DNA from: Selaginella moellendorffii | Lineage: Eukaryota > Plantae > Lycopodiophyta | DNA: 64,000 nucleotides | Direction: 5' to 3' | Assembly: GCF_000143415.4 (NCBI RefSeq) | Contig: NW_003314336.1 | Coordinates: 658,853 to 722,852 of the forward strand | Part shown: in pieces, positions 1 to 11,724 of the stretch | Layout of the letters: the number at the start of each line of letters is the position of its first letter | How positions within the stretch are numbered: position 1 is the first letter of the stretch | The notes under the pieces: model-generated | The model's database searches: none | The model's input: the letters and a program-made list of their open reading frames with translations, nothing else | What the model was told of the DNA's origin: nothing | Made by a program: the position numbers and the translations under genes

Positions 1-31
1 ATGTATGTATATATATGTATGTATATGTATA

Positions 32-62
<31 letters not shown>

Positions 63-309
63 ACATACATATATATACATATATACATATACATATATAT
101 ATACATATACATACATATATACATATATACATATATATACATATATATACATATATACATATATACATATATATACATATATATACATATATACATACAT
201 ATATATATATACATATACATATATATACACATATATATATACATATATACATACACATATATATACACATACATATACACATACATATATACATATATAT
301 ATATACATA
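1..309. repeat. Compound (TA)n/(TACA)n microsatellite
   Basis: Low-complexity TA/TG/CA sequence; the overlapping ORFs are Y/I/H/T repeat artefacts. Confidence 0.95.
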
Positions 310-1027
310 TGTGAGGTCTAAATGTACAGCTACGATGCTGTATAATAATATTAGTGTAATGGGATTTTGGTAGCTGTCGGATTAGTTTTAATTCGGACGA
401 CTTGCTCCTGTATATAAACTAGGGTTTTTGGGCTAATTGATATGCATATTTTCTGTATTCCTTTTCTATATTCCATACACTAAATTGAGGGGCACCTTTG
501 ATTGTCCCTGAGGAGTGCTTGAATTTGGGATTTTGGTTTAAATCTAAGTTTTGCATTGTCTATATCTAATTTTTCCATTTCTTTTCTTTTGTTCTTTTCT
601 TTCAAAATTTTCTTTTAGATCTAACTTTTGCATTGTCTAGATTTGCCTTTCCTTTTAGATTTTTCCCTTCTTTTGCTCTTTCCTTTTCATTCATCTTCAT
701 AGCAGATCAATAGTCTCCTCCTCCTTTGACTTTAGAGTAGTAGTTGGTGCAATTGCTTGATGCTATGCAATTGCAATTGAACAACTAAACTCAGTTGATG
801 GTGGCATTTATGGCACGTGGTACAACTCCTCTTGCTCTTGGTGCTAATCCTTGCGTTCGGCTGGAGTTCTTTTGCGGGAATCCTAGGGATGATATGTACC
901 ATTGGTTCGATCACTTCACAGTGATTGCCACATATCATTCACTGTTTGCAAGAGTTTCCCATGTGTCTCCAAGGGACGGCATTACAATGGTACAATGGTT
1001 TAAGTGCCGCCACTCATAGGGATTGGT
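310..1027 (+). mobile_element. Truncated, decayed copy of the short-LTR gypsy family (5' LTR ~310-484, 5' UTR, gag start)
   Basis: Aligns by eye with 29596-30330 (TGTGAGG... LTR, pyrimidine-rich UTR, gag YHWFDHFTVIA); interrupted at 1028 by another LTR. Confidence 0.88.
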
Positions 1028-2153
1028 TGTAAGGAACCAACTCCTTGAGGTGTCGTAGGCTAAAGGATCCCCGAAAGCATGACCAAAATGACAAAGAGTT
1101 CATCGGATGAGATCGAGTTTGAGATCGAGTCCAAGACCGACTCTAAGACCGAGTTTGAGATAGAGTCTGGGATTGAGTCTAAGGCCGAATCGGAGACTGA
1201 GTTCGAGACCGAGTTTGAGACTGAGTTTGAGACCGATTTCGAGACAGAGTCCGAGATCCAAATCGGGTCTGAGACCAAGTCTGAGGTCAAGTCCGAAGTC
1301 GAGTTCGAGATCGGGTCCGAGATCGAGTCCGAGATCAAGTCCGAGACCGAGTCCAAGTACTAATACAAGTGAAGGGGTGAAAGCCCAAAGCGTGCGTCTC
1401 CCAAAGGGGGGGGGGGGCTGCAGGGGGTTCCAAAAGTATAGTAGGGATAGTGAGGTCCAGGAACCAGTCTTGAAGGAACTCTTCAGTGGTGCTTCCAAAC
1501 TGATTTGAGGTTGAGACTGGGGCCGAGGGGCTTTGGGTGGGAGTGAGCATGAACTCAAGTGGTGCCGGAGAGGCCACCCAAGGAAGTGCTCAAAAGCAAC
1601 TCCCACTCCCGAAAGGGAAACCAACTATAGTGCTCCCGGCTCATGTGGAGTGGTGCCCCACTTGAGTACCTTGTGGCTCATTGGTCCTCACCCTTCCTAG
1701 GAGCTTGGGCCTTCCCTTCGGGATGGAAGTGGGGGGGTAGAGGTACCTATACCGAGCTATTAAGCCATGGTGTTTCGCCCCGGTGTCTTGAAGCAAGTGT
1801 TACACCCAAGGCTTGGGATTTAGAGGGTCCCATGATCAAGTCTTGTGGTACCAAGGGATGTTAGGAACCTGGAGGCTTGGTATGTTTGGCTGCTTGTGCC
1901 TACAAGGAGTATAGCCGAACCTTAAATCCAGTTTAACTCGAGGAGGGGGATTGAGAGAGATTTGGGGAATCTGTGGATGGATGGTTAATACTCCATTGCT
2001 CATGCAATGAGTAGCTGAAACCAAGTAGGACCAAGTAGGAGCTGGTACCATAGGCAGGAACCTTGGTGAGGGAACTTAGCTAAAGCCAAGGCAATGTTAG
2101 TTGGATAAGCCAGGTAAGCTGGCAAATTGGAAAAGAAAAATTTGTGGCTTACA
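1028..2153 (+). mobile_element. 5' LTR (~1.13 kb) of a Ty3/gypsy element (family A)
   Basis: Inverted termini TGTAAG...CTTACA, followed by a Met-tRNA PBS TGGTATCGGAGC at 2157; internal hexamer array. Confidence 0.85.
1109..1357. repeat. GAGnnn hexamer tandem array inside the LTR
   Basis: GAGTCC/GAGACC/GAGTTT/GAGATC units; related arrays at 42168-42545, 44425-44750 and 50900-51080. Confidence 0.9.
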
Positions 2154-2242
2154 ATTTGGTATCGGAGCCTTTTCCTCAGTTCTAGCAAAGGATAGAGGTG
2201 GATTGCTGGGAGATGGTAAAGGCAGGGCGGAAATGAACCAAG

Positions 2243-4440
2243 GTGGAGACGGAACCTCCTCTAGAGTTGCAACCTCCGGTTGAACAAGAGGCTATGAATG
2301 AGGAATCCTTGCATGAGGAGGACTCCAGTGAGGAAACTTCCAAACAAGAATCCGGTGGTGAGGTTCGGTTGTCTAAGGCTTGTTTTGACATTCTAGAAAG
2401 ACAATTGGCACAGAGTAATGCCTTACTAGAGACTCTCATATGCAAGCTAAACCGTGACGAGAAATGGAAGAAAAGGCAAAAGACTGTGGATGTTGGCAGT
2501 GCAGAAGGTGCGGACCCTTTGGCAGGGACTGAAGCAAAACCAAACAAGGTCAAACAGACCGAAGTGGAATTAGTCTCTCAGGTAGTTCCCATGTACAAAC
2601 CAAAGCCTTACCGGTCTTCAAGGGAGTGAATGACTATAAGGTGGTGGAGGATTAATTTTACGATATGGAAGACTATTTCTGAGCGTTGCAGTTACTAAGC
2701 TCAGAGAAGGTCCCGTGTGCAAAACCATACTTGGCAAATAATGCTAAGTCTTGGTGGAAAATGACAGAGGCCAATGAAGGACTAGTGGCCACTTGAGAAA
2801 TGATGAAGGCGAGGATCCGCGCGACTTACGTTCCTCCGAATGCTACTCTGCATCTAAGAGACGAGTTGAGTAAGCTGAAGCAGACTGGGACCATTCAAGA
2901 GTATGTGAATGGGTTTATGGCAAAGAGGATACTTGTCATAGATATGGGGGATATAGATGCGTTCCATGCCTTCATATCAAGCTTGCAAATCTGGGCTCGC
3001 GGTGAGGTGATGTGTTGGAACCCGACCAACTACAAGGAAGTGTTGGATGCGGCCATCAAGGTGCATTTCAACAATAACTTGCGAAAGGGGAACACAACGG
3101 GGTCGGGGTCTATGTTTAGCAAAGGGGCCAAACCAAGGGGAACGTATAGCAAAGGGAAATTCAAGAAGAGTTTCTCTAAGAATGAGTCCTTCGGGTTCCG
3201 GAAAGGCAAATCCGGTGGCTAGCGAGCAAGTATATGGGGGAGTCAAGAAAAAAGAGACAAACCCACAGATAACAAGGGCAAGTTGGTTAGTAGCGTCTGA
3301 AACAATGTATGCTACAACTGTGGTGAAGCGGGACACTTTTCAAAGGAATGTCCCTACCCAAAGAAGGCCAGAGCCAATATGGCCATTAAGTCGGGTGAAA
3401 TCCAAATTGAGGTATGTGATCCAATCCCTATCTCAAAGTTACTCATTACACGAGCAACTTTGGTAGAGAGTCGTTCATGACATCTACTAGCCCTCCAAGG
3501 GAAGCTTGGAGGTAGCTTTGTTAAGATATTTATTGACACGGGTGCTTCGGATAATTTTGTGACTGCAAACATAGTCTAGCAAGCCGGACTAACAGTGTAG
3601 TGGCTAGGCGAACCAAGGACTATAGAGTTTGTTCAAAGTAACCAAAGCATCAATGAGGTACTTCCATAAGCGAGAGTCGAAGTAGGGACATGGAAAGTAA
3701 ACATGGATTTCACCGTGTTGGACATGGGGGGATTTGACGTGATTTTTGGGATGGATTGGTTCAATTGATTCGTGGTAACACTGCATGGACAAAGTAAGGA
3801 CCTTGTGGTACTAGCGAATGCCCAAGGAAGAAGATCTAGGGTGGAGGCCCAAGATTTAAAGGTAGGGCAATGCAAGGCCAAAGATTCCTGCCTAAACCTG
3901 GTGTCCACGAGAGGACAACTCACTAAAGGAACCAAGGCAGCATTTTTGTGCTTATTCTCGGTGAAGAGTGACAAAAAAACGGGAACGGAAGAAGTACCTT
4001 TAGTGATCTAGCGGGTGTTGAACCAATTCCAGGATACCATGCCAGAGGAGCTACCAGTAGGGTTGCCCCTTGCACAACCGATAGAATATAAGATTGAGCT
4101 GGTCGAGGGTGCCGAAGCGGTGGTTTGTCCCCCCTATCGTTTGAACGAAAAAGAACTCGAAGAGCTTAAGCACCAACTAGAGGAGTTGGTGGACAAAGGG
4201 TATGTTAGGTTGAGCAAGTCACCATATGGGGTGCCGGTATTATTTGTGAAAAAAAAAAGATGGATCTATGCGCATGTACATAGACTACCGATTTCTTACA
4301 AAGAAGAACAAGTACCCTTTGCCAAGGATTGAGGACCTATTCAATAGGTTGGGAAAGGCAAAATATTTCACGAGGATTGACCTAAGGTCAAGATACTACC
4401 AGATCAAAATAGCAGAGGAAGATGTCGAGAAGATAACCTG
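2243..4440 (+). pseudogene. Degenerate gypsy gag-protease-RT(5'), truncated by the DNA transposon
   Basis: Gag LKQTGTIQEY, zinc knuckle CYNCGEAGHFSKEC, protease [26 protein letters not shown] and [10 protein letters not shown]; many stops and frameshifts; ends at the TIR at 4444. Confidence 0.92.
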
Positions 4441-4885
4441 TTAAAGCTCTATTTCGTTAAAGTGGGAATTGTTATTATCCCACTTGTAAAATAAGGTTTC
4501 CAAACCTTTATATAGTATATAAATATAACAAAATTCAACTGCATTGAGGCACATGCCATTTTATTTTAAACAAGGAAATGTCTACTCAATCACTTTTCCT
4601 CCCCCTGCCACTGCTTCACCTCTCTCTTCTCCTTGTCATCGTCGTCCAATTTCTTTCCATCCTTTTAATATTGGCTCCGTTGCTTCGAGTCTAGGTGGAG
4701 CCCAAGTCCCCATTCAATCTTTACTTTCCCCTTATTAATAAAACAACTTCGTAGACTTCCAATAACATGCTGTAACACTTCTAGTATAATGCAAATCCTC
4801 TCAAAGAATTGTCTTTTAATATTAATACAATGGCATGGAACCCCATGCCATAATAAGTTACATTTTTAAATAAATACATGCCATC

Positions 4886-7152
4886 TCAGACTGTTATTTT
4901 TTGCCTCCAACGCCTATACAATAATCTTGGAATTTCATCACTCTCCACACTATCAGGATTTAAACCCAATAGTAATGCCATCTCTTCTCTAATACGTCCA
5001 CGCTCATGTTCAGTGGTCGAAGAACCCATCCGGTTGAGCAGATTATGGAGATGCGGATAGTGCTTGGCTAGACAATATACATGCCATAAATGATGACTGG
5101 TGTCTGTCCGATCAAATGGCTTCTGATATACCGTTCCATCTGCCATTTGGTTGATTTCTGCAGCCACCTCCTGGACTGGCCGGTTCTCTATCACCATCGC
5201 TCCAAGCCATTTTGCAAGGTCCCCCAGAACATACGGTCCTTCTTCGACGCGCCACCAGTGCGCTTTTCAGTCCTCGTGTCTGAATATTCACAACGATCTA
5301 TAATCAAAATGGCATGAGGCCTCACGTGACCTTACCTTGTGTAGGTTGTGAGCTCGGCCCAACATGGGTATCTTCAACAGTAGCTGTTAATGCCGTTTTA
5401 GCATCTGGGGGTGGCCACGCTCCTGCATATAGAGCTTGTGAGATAACATTTAAACTTAAAGTGCGTACTCACCAGGTTCGCAGAGAAGATACTGTTTTTC
5501 TTTGGCAACTGTAATTATATGCTCCATTGAAGTCACCTCTTCAATGGAGTTTGTCACCGCAACACACGGGACACCCTTGAGTAGTGCGGCTCGAAAGAAT
5601 AGTCCGCCGCAGTTGTACTTGACAACGCATTTGCCCTTGGAGTCGGAAGCAGGTGACCCACCCGCTATTGCATTGAAGACCCAGCTGAGCATTTCCCATG
5701 CTGCACCTGGAGCTTTCTCTGGATTCGAAAGCTCCATAGCCGTCTTCAGTTCCTCAGGCACGGGTAAATTGACCTCCCTCAGATCAATTCGATCGGCCTT
5801 GTCGAACGAAGCTGGGAAGTCACTCCAGTCCCACTCTGCTGCAGGACCAATAACAAGGGCGAGTGTGAAGATGCGGACATTCGTCGGTATTTTCTTCTTA
5901 GCCATTATCCCATGGATCTCCCGCATCTCCTTGCCTTTCAACCGAGCCTTCACCTCGTTCAAGGCCTTCCAGAACTTGTGATAGGATTCGGAGTCGTAGA
6001 TCATATAGTGGACTGAAGATTCCACCTCCGCAAGTCCCACCATTAAGTCAATGATGGAGCTGACTTCGTCTACATGAGTGATCTCCTCGTTTGTGAAGTC
6101 CATCACACAAAAGATGTTCTTGACCTGCTCATCTCCACGGGAAATGATGCTCCTCCACCTTTGATCCTCATCCGAATTCACGTATACCCGGTAAGGTTCT
6201 CGATAAGCGTCTGCTGCGGGGTCAAGCTGTTTCTGAAGCCGGCGGTCGACATCCCTCTTAATGAAATTTGGATACTGATCCAACTTCTCAGCTTTACTTT
6301 TCGTGGCATCCCGCAGCAGATCGATGAACTTGGGGGCCCCCTTCACGTACTCGTCGATGTCTTCATTTGACAACTCCAGCTCTTCCATCATCTCTTGCGT
6401 GGTGTCGATGCTCACCCTCCCCACGGCCACTTGCTCGAAGATCCAATCCTTCAATAGCGCCGTACACAAGTCCTCGTATGTCACAATATGGCCGGGAGTC
6501 ATTTTGGTCTTGTTGAAGACTACCTCACCACGTAGAAGAGCATTAGCCACTGTCAGAAGGTCGTCGTCGTCTAGAGACTGCGAGAAACGCAAGGCGTTGA
6601 GCTTCAAATCATTGGGCTTCCGGCCGTCCTCCACACCCATTGAGTTTAGCAACTCCCCGTTCATGTACCTCCTCAGCACATCTACCCATTTGTCAAAAAC
6701 AACTTTTGTCGCGAGTAGAATGTTATGGATGCTGAGTGTGTCATTGACCCCCAGTGTTTTCGAGAGAAGACTCGAGAATTCCTGCAATGGAAATGGCGTG
6801 AGGCCACATGCTATGCCACATGCAACCTCTCCCTAGCTCCCTCTAGGAATTCCTCATAGCCGCTGCCCTCCTCCGGGAAGCCGCTAGGATGTGCAAGGTG
6901 GATCTTGAAGGCGGACGCTGTCTCTACCACAAGTGCCAGTCCATATTCTTGCATGGAACTGCATGGAGTGTCTGTCACTTGGATGAGGATCCCCATGCAT
7001 TCTTTTCTCCCACCATTTGTGTTGTACAGCCTCAGATCCTCGCCTTCCATCCCGAAAGTCCAACTAGTGAGCTCCTCCCCCTTCTCTGCATCCACATTGA
7101 TAGTGGCTGGAAAAAGAACGCAATTCCTCGCCTGTTCAGAAATGCACAACAA
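4886..7152 (-). CDS. Transposon cargo gene of unknown function, multi-exon and probably partly decayed; main exon encodes 443 aa (5456-6787); possible degenerate DNA amino-methyltransferase fold
   Basis: Long ORF plus flanking ORFs 6811-7152 and 4886-5197; candidate short GT-AG introns at 6826-6782, 5472-5423 and 5335-5298; frames do not all join cleanly. Confidence 0.6.
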
Positions 7153-9276
7153 TTAGAGCTGACAGATGAAAAGCTAGCAGCTGGAAATAACGTGAGGCCA
7201 CACGCCATTCACCACTGCATCAGATGTCTTGAGGCTGCATCCTAAGATGGCATGAGGCTACACGCCATCTGTAACCGGACTGCACTCGAGAGCCCAATCG
7301 GTGCATGCCAATGTTGCTACTGAATGGCATGTGGCCTCATGCCATTTTCTACTTGGCCTAAAAGACTTACCATTTGAAGCCGAATGGAGGCGTGACAATC
7401 GAGGCCGGACTCGCTGGCGAATGTGCACTGTGTGTGCAGCGGATCGTAGCAGCAAGGCTACTCTGCCACTTACAGTTGGAGAGTGGCACTGAAATCTCCC
7501 GGGACGCCAAGTGGGCTGCGTGTGGGTGGCGGAGTTGGCGGCGAAGTTACAAACTGGGTGTGTCTTGAAGTGGACGCCGATGCACACGAGCGCGATGCGA
7601 GCGCGAGTGTGATGCAAGCGCAAGTGGACGCCGATGCACATGAGAAACCTGTAGAGAAGGTAGATGAGCGCGAATGTGAGCGTGATCGCGAGTGGGAGCG
7701 CGATGCGAGCGCGAGTACGAAGCAAAATGCAAAACCTAACCTCACACGTGCGAAATGTCACTAATCCCGCAACGTCATCATTCTTCGGACTTGGGCGCCA
7801 CCATTAATTTCTGGATCGCCGCGCGCATGCATGCACGTGAAATCCAAAAGAAATCCGCAACGTCATCATTCCTCGGACTGCATGCACGCGAAATCCAAAA
7901 GAAAGATCATGATTGGGATATCATTTAATACCCTCGCTATATTTATACCATGCATGATTGGATATTCCAAAGCATCTTGTATTTCCAAAAATGCCAGATG
8001 TTCAGCTAAATAAAGAATGGTATACAATGTCCTTCTTGATGACCCTGCAAAGAAGCATCTCGATCGGACACCACATAAGACCACACGAGCCTTACAATGT
8101 TTCAGGGGCATTTGCCATAGATCCGACCGTTATTTTGCTCCAAAATTTTACAGTTTGGTGTGCATTGACCTTTCCATCGACACTGCAAAGGGACATCACA
8201 ATCAGATGCGGGATCACAAGAAACCAACTTCACTAACTCTGGTTTCACCAAGATCTACGTAAGGAGTTATGAAATGAAAGGACCCTCTCTATTGAAATGT
8301 GTTTATGGTCCTAGGGGCATTGTGACATATCAAAGGATTTTGCATCAAGTTCTGTATTTGCATGTTTATCAAGCTACTGAATTGCTAAACCTAAACCCTC
8401 CTTAAATATGTGGCAAATGTTGCGTGAAGAAAGATGCCCTTTCTGGGCAAATGCTGTAAGAGGCAGATGCCGAGCAGTTACACAGCGAATAATCTTGGCG
8501 CGGATCGCTGACATGGCATGGCAAAGTTCGAATCACTGACATGGCACAGCTGGATCGAGGCAAGGACATGATGTGACAAAGTTCAACGTCCGACAGCAAA
8601 GTCTAGAAGCTACTCAGTTTGAAATTTGTCAAAGGAATCATAAGATCTAGTTTGTCAGAGGATTTAATGTGACGTTCAAGCGTGTGTTATTTTTGAATTC
8701 TCGAACTCATTCCTAGGTCTATCATTTTTGTGCGCCATGTTCTTAGTTCCGCTGAGCGCAGTGAGTGCTGCTTGTGTAAGCGGCGTTGTGAGCTGTGGTT
8801 TATGCGTCTACGAGCGGTTGCGGCATTGCGAGCGCCATTACGAGTGGCAGTTTATGTGAGTGGCAGTTTGTGCGAGTGGCACTACGAGCAGTTGCGGTGT
8901 TGCAAGCGGCACTGTCTTTGGTGTGGCTACCGCTTCCTCTTGATATTCGGCACTTGTGCTTCCTGGTATGTTCACCATGGAATGGCTTAGGACCACATTT
9001 AGAAATGGCATGAGGCCACATGCCATCTTGGGCCCTTGCAATTTCATGGCTAGCGTATTGTCATGTATGTTTTTACTTGCCTGCAGCTGTGTGTTTATCA
9101 AGATGGCATGAGGCCTCATGCCAATTTTGTGAATGCAAAATTTCACGTGGGTGTCAATAGCATGTTTGAATAATGGCATGTGGCCTCATGCTATTGAGGT
9201 TGTTTGGTATGTTATGATTTAGGCCATTCTCCAATCACTTTTTGTATGGTCTTAACTTCTTTTCTGCACTTTCAGA

Positions 9277-10770
9277 ATGGCCTCCGCAAGTGCGACGCAT
9301 GTTCCCTCCGTGGATCTTAAGAACCATGCTACATGGATTCAGGCAAAGGTGTTTCTAAACAACCCCGAGGGGGAGGTGGTAGCTGAGATCTTAGCCACAG
9401 TTGTCGATCCAAGAGATGCGGTTGCTAATCAAGAATTGGGCTGGGATGATATTGGAGTTGCGATTTTAGAGGTTGTTGACACAGAAGAAAATAGTCTGAC
9501 TATTGGAAGCATTGTGCGGTGGAAATTGAAGCACTTAGTGTTTGAGAATGTGAAGGATTCACAATCAAACACCACTACAACTGATGACAGAACATCTCTT
9601 CATGGGAAAAGAAAGTACACCTTCCTAAAGCGCAGCCAAAGGGATCTGAGCAACGAACCGAAAAGACAGAAAATGGCGATGGAGGTTCGAATGGTCTCGA
9701 CAGTTGCTTGTTGCAAGAGGAGGTGCTGTCAACATGTTGATTGGGATGCTATTGAAGAGGAGAGAGCAAGATACAAGACATTGTCCTGGAAGGTAGCTCG
9801 CAATTTTGTGTATGAGGCATTACGGTCATTTGTTGATGCTTCAGAACATCAGGTGGGGGGCATGGTCTTCCAGAGGGGTTTGGTCTGCATGAAGGCATGG
9901 AGAATCATTTATGGAGTCCCTCGAACCACATTCTACAAAATCAAAACTGAGTTCGAGGAACAAAGGGTTCAACAGGCAGTCCATGGGAACAACGGTACTC
10001 ACAAAACCAGGGGTCATGTTGTATATGGAGAGGCAATCTTCAAGAGGTTTATCGAGACATGTAGCGAGCAGCAACCACATAAAACCCGCCTCTTGGAAGA
10101 TGGAACTCGAGACACCCAACGAGTTCTCCCTTCCATGTATACCAAGGGGGCCATATTGGAAGATGTGAATCGGGAACTCTAGAGTAATGGCTACAGGAAG
10201 CTGAGCCAATCTAGATTTAGTAGATTGTGGAGCAACAGGTTCAGGGATGTGAGTATAGGAAAGTACTCCAGCTTTTCAAAGTGTGACGAGTGCACTGCTA
10301 TCAAAATGGCTTTGTCAAAGAATTCTTGCATCGCTCAAGAGCGAGAGACGTTGGTTAGAAGGCAGCTCGACCACAATATCGAGTAGAGAAGCTGCAGGAC
10401 TGCATATTATCATAACAGGATTCTCTCCATGGAGAGACCTGACTCTTACCTCTGCATCATCCACGACAAAATGGACCAGAAAAAGACGTGCTTACCTCGA
10501 CTCAATCCTGCCCCCAAGGCAATCTCTTCATCCATGCAGCTGCCTGTGTCTCTGTTTGGCATAATCGCTCATGGGCATGGTGCCCAGAACTATGGGAACT
10601 TCTTTGTACCTCTATGGGGTGGCGGGGGTGCAAACATGATGATTGCGTCCCTAGCAAAACACTTAAGGTCTCTGCAAAGTGCGTAGACTGAGCTGAACGG
10701 CCAACCCTTGCATAAGGCCCTTGTCGATCGAACCCCATACAGGGTTCAGCTGGAGGAGGAGCAAAGGCTT
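9277..10770 (+). pseudogene. Sola-like (DUF7869-type) DDE transposase with premature stops and no C-terminal catalytic part
   Basis: One frame from 9277 to 10686 broken by TAG codons at 10180 and ~10384; motifs CCKRRCC, VCMKAWRIIYGV, HGN, FSKCDEC, CIIHDKMDQKKTCLP; splice acceptor TTTCAG just upstream; the expected QLDN/GHTH motifs are absent. Confidence 0.72.
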
Positions 10771-11131
10771 GCAATATCGTGTGGGGCCCCATGCCATCCC
10801 AGTGAATATGTTGGCCGTCAAATTGTAGGGTTAGGAATGACGTTCATCTTGGAAAGCTCACCACACGCTCAATGAACAAACAAATAGTGTGTGCGCGCAT
10901 GCCATCGCTCTTCTTTAGCTTCAGATTCGGCTTGTTCACCTTGACAATGAGATTTATTATACAACCAGATGGACTCAGTCTGGACACAAAGTCACCGCGC
11001 TAGTCACCATGCCCCAGATATGTCTAGCCCCTGGACAAAAAACATATAATTTCACGTCATTTTCAAATACTTGAAAATTTGTACCTAGTCCCATTTTACT
11101 GAATAAATCCCACTTTAACGAAATAGAGCTT

Positions 11132-11469
11132 ACAATGCAAAAAGCTAGATTTAAACCAAAATCCTGAAAGAAAAGAACAAAAGTAAGGAAATGGAAAAAG
11201 TAAAATCTAGACAATGCAAAAGTTAAATCTAAACCAAAATCCCAAATCCAAGCACTCCCTAGGGACAATCAAAAGTGCCCCTCACCTCCATCAATGTAAG
11301 TGCATGGAATATGGAAAGAGAATACAGAAATGTGCATATCAATTAGCCCAAAAACCTTAGATTATATACAAGAGCGAGTGGTCTAGATTGAAACCAATCC
11401 AACGACTACCAAAATCCCACTACACTAATATTAATATACAGTATCGTAGCCGTACACTTGGCCCTCACA
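11132..11469 (-). mobile_element. Short-LTR gypsy 5' fragment (LTR 11295-11469, PBS, part of UTR)
   Basis: Reverse complement of 29596-29930; cut off by the right TIR. Confidence 0.9.
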
Positions 11470-11724
11470 TATACATCGAAAACTTTAATCTAAAGATAAG
11501 ATTAGAGGACTCACTTTTGATTGAAGTATGGTGGGAAAAGAAAATCATATCTATTTATTTTGTTAAAGAGCGCAAACAACAGGGTTCCACCATGGCATTT
11601 TCTTCTTGCTCGTTTCTAACAAGGTGGATCAAAAGATATGCTCTCGGGAGTTCCTCGTCTGGCCGGACTTTAAAACATATCTTCATATAAAACTCCATGC
11701 TTCTTTCCTCGGCGACAACCTCCC

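Larger units (their letters stand above)
4830..10797. repeat. Dispersed 22-bp palindrome ATGGCRTGWGGCCWCAYGCCAT (~10 copies)
   Basis: Copies at 4830, 5309, 6793, 7187, 7247, 7324, 9005, 9103, 9173 and 10776, plus a degenerate copy near 4541; none seen outside the element. Confidence 0.9.
4444..11131. mobile_element. TIR DNA transposon (Sola/DUF7869-like transposase plus a divergent second gene)
   Basis: Perfect 24-bp TIRs AAGCTCTATTTCGTTAAAGTGGGA at 4444-4467 and 11108-11131; two divergently oriented genes inside; no matching TSD. Confidence 0.85.

Noticed and set aside
1-373. ORFs in the TA-rich tract
   Set aside because: Microsatellite translation artefacts.
1374-1450. Hammerhead ribozyme (retrozyme) or tRNA in the GGGGTGAAAGCCC block
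   Set aside because: No correctly placed CTGANGA core and no cloverleaf.
1060-1624. E/S/T-rich, RS/RP-rich and LG-rich ORFs (also 41932-42574 and 44335-44657)
   Set aside because: They arise from stop-free hexamer arrays within LTRs.
4441-4450. Kolobok/piggyBac assignment from the left-flank TTAA
   Set aside because: TTAA is not repeated on the right flank and the transposase motifs fit Sola/DUF7869 better.
4830-10797. CRISPR or REP-type array
   Set aside because: Irregular spacing, eukaryotic context and no cas genes.
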